A stretch of 48,827 bases of DNA from Pseudovirgaria hyperparasitica. Taxonomy: Eukaryota. The DNA is taken from the NCBI GenBank assembly GCA_010093815.1, contig ML996590.1; one strand, 5' to 3'. Within the stretch, counting starts at the first letter, position 1. Each line of letters starts with the position of its first letter. Under the pieces are notes generated by a model. It searched no databases. It was not told the origin of the DNA and saw nothing but the letters and a program-made list of their open reading frames with translations. A program made the position numbers and the translations under genes. Below are positions 41,884 through 48,827 of this stretch, in pieces.

Positions 41884-44800
41884 GACTAGAAAAGTATAAA
41901 TTATATATTAAGCTATCTAAATATAAGTTCTATTAGAATTATATTAATTTCCTTAGCTTTATTATTACTAACTAAGGTATAATTATAGAGAAAGATAGAG
42001 TTACTACTATTATAGACTAGCCTAAACTAAAATCTATTTAAGATATATATATCTTTATTAGCTTTACTAACTACTATTAAAAATTTATTAAATACTTCTT
42101 CTATTAAGCCGTACTACTTAATATATATACTACTACTACTAATTTATCTATTATAGTCTATAGTAGATAGAAATAGTATAATATTAAGTTATAATCTATT
42201 AAATTAATAGAGGTTAAAAGAATATCCTTTAAGAAGATTAAAGAGGTATTTATAACTACTCTATTACTAGTATACTTTAATCTAACTAAATCTATTCACA
42301 TTAAAACTAATATATTAGAATTTATAATCTTAGATATACTCTTCTAGTCTAGACTAATAGAGTCTAAAAAGATCTAATAGTATCTAGTTATATTCTTCTT
42401 ATATAAGATAGCTAATTTTAAGACTAGATATACTATTTATAACTAAGAGCTACTAGTAATAGTAGAGTTATTTAAGTAGTAGTAATATTATCGTAAAGAT
42501 ACTATATATAATATTAAGTTACTAACTAATTACTATAACTTAAAGAGGTTTATAAGTATAATAGTTTTAAATTATTAATAGATTTAATAGACTAAGTAGC
42601 TTATAAATTTCTACTTTATAATCTACTATTAATCTAGAAGTATAAATCTAGCTAATAGTATATTAAGAAGATCTAACTATAAGGAAGGCGCCTAGAATTA
42701 TAGTAGCTATAGAGTTCTAGAGTAGCTATAGATCTAACTCTTAAGAATAAGATTAGATAATAAGTTATCTAATAATTAGTAAGATACTAATACTAATACT
42801 AGTAATTAAATTTATAAGACTAAAGCTAGTAACTAAAGATATAGTACTAAAGTCTCTAGTAAGCTATTTATTAGCGCTATTAGAGAGGATAATAGTATCT
42901 AGTATATATATTAAGTAGATCCTATCTAGTTATTTATAGATCTATAAAAGATAGATCTAATAGTTTTAAAGTTATATAAAATATAGTAAGATAGATTATT
43001 ATAGACTAAAGTAGACTATAAGTAGATCTTTATAGATAGCTTACTTTACTATAATAGAAAGTACTATATACTAATAGATAATATATAATTTACTATAGTT
43101 AGCTAATACTATAATACTAACCTAGTAGAATATTTTAGGTATATATATACCCTAAGCTTAATTTATTAGTACTATTTTTAGAAAGATATACCTAAGTATA
43201 TTAAAGAATATATAGCTACTTATCTCATTTATTAAAGAATAAAGATACCTAGATATAAGCTATATAGGAATTTATAGCCTCTACTAGTCCCTTTCTTTAT
43301 ATAGAAAGATATTATTATAGATTTTATAGTTAACTTATCTCTAAGTAAGATACTTAGAATAAGTTATAATTTAATTCTTATTATTATAGGTAGACTTATA
43401 AAGATATCTAGATATATCTCTATATAGAAGATAATTATATTAAAAGAACTAGTATAAGTATTCTAGAATAAGATTATTAAGGTCTATAGTATACTAAAAA
43501 GAATTATTATAGACTAAGGAAGTATATTTATATCTAAATTCTAGATATTATTCTATAAAATAGCTAGTATAAATAGAAATATATTAATAGTATTCTATCT
43601 ATAAATAGATAGTTAGATAGAATAATAGAACTAAATACTTAAGGCCTATCTTTATATATTCTATAATTTTAAATAAGATAACTAGGCCTCTCTACTAAGT
43701 ATAGTAGAATTTATATATAATAATAGTTATTATAGTATAATAGATATTATACTCTTCTAGGCGAACCTAGAATATAGTCTAAGGATAGGTTTTAAATCTT
43801 ATATAGTCTAGTTTAACCAAATAATAGATATTAACGTCTATATATAGAAACTAGTAATTGAAATCTTTAAAACTATATATAACTATTATATAATAATCTA
43901 GTAAGTAAATAAGTTATATATAAAGTACTATAATAGATTAGTTAAAGATTAAATATATAAGAAGAAAGATAAAGTCCTTCTTAATATCTATAATATATAA
44001 ATATTATAAGTAAATAAAAAGCTTAATTATAAAATAGCTAGTTCCTTCTAAATTAAATATTATATTAGTATAAGAGTCTATAAGCTTAACCTAGAAAACG
44101 ATATAAAAGTCTATAATATATTCTATATCTTATTACTTAAAAGGTTTTAATCTAATATATATAATTATATAAATATATAATTATACTCTATTATACTCTA
44201 AGATAGACTAGATATATATAAAGTAGACTATATTATTGAATATAGACTTAATAAGAATAGTATCTAGAAGTATTAAATCTACTAGAAGAACTATACTAAG
44301 AATAAGAATACCTAGAAATCTATAGTATATATCTGAAGTACTATAATATCTATATATAAATAGAGGTTATAGAATAATACGTTACTATTATAAACCTAGT
44401 ACTATTAGAGCTATTATAAAAAAAAGAAGAATACTATAGAGAATAAAGTATTAAATTATAAATCTTAAATATATACTAGGAAAACTCTATAAGATAGACC
44501 TATAATTTAAGTAATATATAGTTACTAAATATAAAGAAAATATAAATAACTATTATAGATATATAATATAATATATTATAATAGAATAATATAGAAAAGT
44601 CTAGAATAGACTAATATAGACTATTATATATAAGAAGAATATAGAACTAAGAATCTAAAAAGATACTCTACTATAGTCTTAAACTTATAATATATAATAT
44701 AAAAAGTTAGAGTATCTAAACTAATAACTACTAGACTACTAGTTCGGGTACTCTAATATAATTTAGAGAGATAAACTAATTTATATATAATACCTATACT

Positions 44801-47050
44801 TAAGTAACTTAAAGAAAATTAGAATCTAGAATTTAATAGTTATAAGATAAATAAGAGCGTATATAATGTTATTAAGTTAAGAATTAAATTACTAGAAAAC
44901 TAGTAAATAGATATAAATAGTCTAATAAGAACTATAATAGATAGAAACTAGATAAATAGAGCTAGTATATACTATATAGAAACCCTAATATATAGAGCTA
45001 TAGAGCTACTTCTCTATCTTATTACTACTCTTAGAATATAATAAATAAACTAACTAAGTAATAGAGTAGTAGAGGTCTAAGACCTTATTCTCTAGAGTAA
45101 CTATATACTTAGTTTAAGTCTAGTAAGATAATAACTAAGTACTAGAGTAGAGTAACTATGCCTAAAGTTAGCTAATATAGTCTAGAATAATCTAGAATAA
45201 AATATATACCTTCTTATAAGGTAACTTAGAAGAAGAAATAGTATATCTCTTATAAGATCTATTAATAGTATAAGATAGATAGAAGAGAATACTATAAATC
45301 TCTTCTATAGTCTTAGTAGCTAAAACTAACTCTCTTAAATAGATAATCTAAGTACTAGAAATCTTATAGTAACTAAATATTATAAGCTAAGATTAAGAGT
45401 AATTAATAGTTTCTAAACTTATACTTTAATAATCTCTAGAAAGAGCTTATAGCCCTCTCTAAACTCTCTATATATAGAGACTAGATAACTACTAGAACTA
45501 GTAAGAGTCTTATAGATATAAAGATTATTATATATATCTTATATATAAATAGAAATCTAAAAATATATTAGTATAGATAACTTTAGATTATTCTAGACTA
45601 AAATAGTCTAATAGACTTATCTAAAGATAAACTTTACTAAGAATAGTATAGTAGTAGTAGTAGTAGATAGATAGAGTAAGAATAGAGTATATAGAACTAT
45701 TAGAATTAGTAGAGTAATAACTAGTACTAGAATTAGAGTAAAAGAGATATTTAGAGTTAGTTATATAAGCCTTAATATACTTATAGTATATTAAACTATA
45801 GTTTACTATTTTTCTATAGTATAAACTATAACTATATTTAGTATCTTTAGTAATCTAGGTCTTATTATTAGTAGAGCTAGACTTAAAGTAAATAGTAAGA
45901 TTCTAAAAGAATCTAGAGTAACTAAGTTAGTCTATATTAGACTAAAAAGAGAAATAGTATTTAGAGTAGGGTAGTAATAGTATAAACTCTTAATTATTAT
46001 CTATAATAAGATCTTCTTTATTCTCTAAAGAAGATAGAGTAGATAGATAGTATAAGAAAGTAGAAGTAGACTTTATAGCTACTTCTTCTATAATACTAGT
46101 ACTAGAATTATCTAGATTAGAGTAACTAATAGCTACCTTAGTAGTAATAGTAGTAGTAGTCTTAGCTATCTTCTTCTCTAACTTAGAGTATATCTTTATA
46201 CTACTATAATAAGTAGACTTTTTAGCTAGTATAGCTAGAGTAGAGATAATCTCTTTAGAGTAAGTTTTATAAGAAAAGAAGATAGACTTAGAAATAGAAC
46301 TAGTATTAGATATCTATATATATATATATATTAGCTAAAGATCTAAGAATAGAATACTTATTTAGTCTTAAGAGTAATTAGAAGAGCTAAATTAATAACT
46401 ATAATAATATAAATAGATTATATAGAACTAGCTCTAATAAGAATAGACTACTCTAGATCTAAATAGATCTAAACTAAGAAAAATAGTATATAAATTAATA
46501 ACTTATCTTAAGAGTAAGATAGATATACTAAAGAAGAAAATTTAGAATAAGAGAACTAAATATAAGCTTAGATAATATAGTAGTTATATAATCTATAGAG
46601 CTATCTCTAAGGTAGTAGCTAGAAAGTAAGAGATAAGTATATATATAAGTTAATAAAAGTAAACTAGAGTTTTAAGTTTACTAATATAAAGACTATTAAT
46701 AATATTATATAGATTTAATTAGATATATATATAAATATAATACTTATAGAATTATAGATTTATATATAGTTAAGTACTTTAGAGCGAAGTATAAAAAGAA
46801 GAAGGATATTATTAGAACTAATACTAGAATAGACTTAACTAGACTACTATAGTCTAGTATAGTCCTATAATAGATAGATCTAGGTTAAGTTAGCTAGATT
46901 AAGTAAGGGTACTATATAAGTAGACTATATATACTTAATTCCTACTCTTTAGAAATTAACCTTATTATAAGAGTAGACTACCCTTTTAAATATATTCTTA
47001 AATCATTCTATAATCTATTAGACTACTATTCTACGTCTATAACTCTTATA

Positions 47051-48827
47051 GTTATATCTAATTATTATTTCTACCTTAATAGCTATAGTAGATCTATAGT
47101 ACTTTCTTTTATACTTATAACTTTCTTTACTAATATATTAGAATTCTAGATAGATTTAATTAAGTCTTTAAGGGTTTTCTTAGTTTCTTAGATATTTATT
47201 TAGATTACTTAATACCTACTCTAATTCCCACGGAGAATTACTAAAAGTATTCTAGCTTCTAGTATTCTATTAGATAACTAGTCTTATAGTATCTATAGTA
47301 TAGTATAGTCTAAATTATACTAACTATCTATATTATTCTATAATAATTTCTTATAATCTTTATACTATAATAGAGGATTAGCTTTATTCTCTCTTCTAGC
47401 TCTATATAAGATTTTAAAGTTAAATATTAATATCTACTTAGTCTAATATACTTATTAGTAATCAAGGACCTTAGTTAATATAAAGTAATATAGATTTATA
47501 TAATTTAATAATAATTTAATCTAATATATAGAACCTTCTAAATAATATTACTATTACTTAAAACTCTTAATAATTATAAGTAGTTTCTACTTATACATAT
47601 TATAATATATCTCTATATCTACTATTTTATAGAAAAAGAAGATAACTAGGTACTATTATACCTTATCTTTTATATTCTTATATAGTTAACTAATAATTCT
47701 AGTAATTATAAATCCTAATATATTAGTTTTAATCTAAATATACTTCTTAGAATTAAAATACCTAAGAATTAGTATAGTTATAAAGTAATTCTTTAATAAT
47801 TAGAATATATCTTATACTTCTAGTATTAACTATATCTTAACTAACTTAGCTTTATACTATACTTACCTATCTATAGAGATTTTACTACTATTCTTAGTAA
47901 GTTTATCAAGAGGTACTATAATTTATAAGAAGTCTATAATAAATTTATAATAATAGTTTATAAAATCTATAAACGTTCTAATTTAATATATAGTAGTAGA
48001 TTCTAGCTATTTTATAATAGTCTTTATATACTCTAGCTCTATTTTTAAACCGCTATATATTATAATAAAGCTAAGAAATCTAACTTCTTATTAATAGAAC
48101 TTATATTTAGATAACTTTATATAGAGTTTATACTATCTTAGATAATTTAGTACTAATTTTATATATTCTTTATAATTCTATATACTATTAGAGTAAATTA
48201 GTATATTATTAAGATAAACTATATAAATTATATTAAGTAATTCTATAAGTATAGTATTAATATATTCTTAAAACACTACTAGTATATTTATTAGCCTAAA
48301 TAGTATAATAGTATACTTAAAATAACTATATCTAGTCTAAAATATAGTTTTCTACTTATCTCTATAATAAATTTAAAGCTAGTAATATATATCTTATAAA
48401 TTTAGCTTTATAAAGTACTTTATCTTTATTAATTAGTCTAAAGATTTACTAACTAGTAGTAATAGATAATAATTCTTCTTAGTTACTATATTTAGTATCT
48501 AATAGTTAATATATAGATATAAACTTCTATCTTTCTTCTTTATAAAGAGAATAGATATACTAGCTAATAATATACTATAATATATCTAGTCTCTTCTAAG
48601 GTATTCTTTAATATATTTAGAAAGAACTTTAAGTTCTAGTCTTAAAAGTAGATAAAGTAGACTATAAGAAATATCTACTCCCTCTTTAAGCTTAATCTTT
48701 AGCTTATATAGTCTATAATTAGAGAGAAGTAATATATCTTCTACTAAAAATATATCTATATACTATAAATATATATTAGATAGCGTGTCTTTACTCTAAT
48801 TATTACTATTATTCTTATCTTTATTAA
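47051..48827 (-). mobile_element. Older, heavily RIP-mutated fragment of Gypsy family A (RT-RNase H region), running off the window
   Basis: Reverse complement aligns to ~15100-16878 (e.g. aaagacacgcta.c; ttaaagaatt.ctttataacta; cttaattaaatcta.ctagaattc). Confidence 0.9.

Larger units (their letters stand above)
26400..47050 (+). mobile_element. Gypsy family B, right copy (5'-truncated in gag), interrupted by element C and the SINE-like element
   Basis: De-RIPed motifs: ILG.PW (~40070), DGSL.LC.DY (~40560), WKTAFR (~40737), integrase region ~43100-43800, chromodomain YEVD..W....DTWE (~44215-44325). A ~2.6 kb 3' region follows. Confidence 0.85.

Noticed and set aside
1..48827. Starship captain, telomeric array, CRISPR array or rDNA
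   Set aside because: No tyrosine-recombinase-like ORF, TTAGGG array, spaced direct repeats or rRNA-like sequence recognised.

Overview
Filamentous ascomycete (Pezizomycotina) genomic DNA. About 95% of the window is AT-rich, TpA-enriched and CpA/TpG-depleted transposon relics, the pattern left by RIP. A single intact ~2.4 kb island (2659-5022) holds two convergent housekeeping genes: PEX10 (+, one exon) and proteasome beta-7 PRE4 (-, three exons). The island is bracketed by a 47-bp inverted repeat whose left copy ends a Fot1/pogo transposase relic. The rest is a nest of elements that can be resolved by target-site duplications (TSDs). Two head-to-head copies of an old chromodomain Gypsy (family B) form a ~41 kb interrupted palindrome. 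The left copy holds a full-length Tad1-like LINE, which holds a full-length chromovirus (family A) with a self-priming PBS, a chromodomain plus AT-hook integrase tail and an antisense extra ORF. The right copy holds a 150-bp-LTR element (containing a truncated LINE) and a ~940 bp tRNA-headed SINE-like element whose 3' end, tail and target motif match the LINE. All TE translations were read by eye with allowance for C>T/G>A changes, so internal boundaries are approximate.
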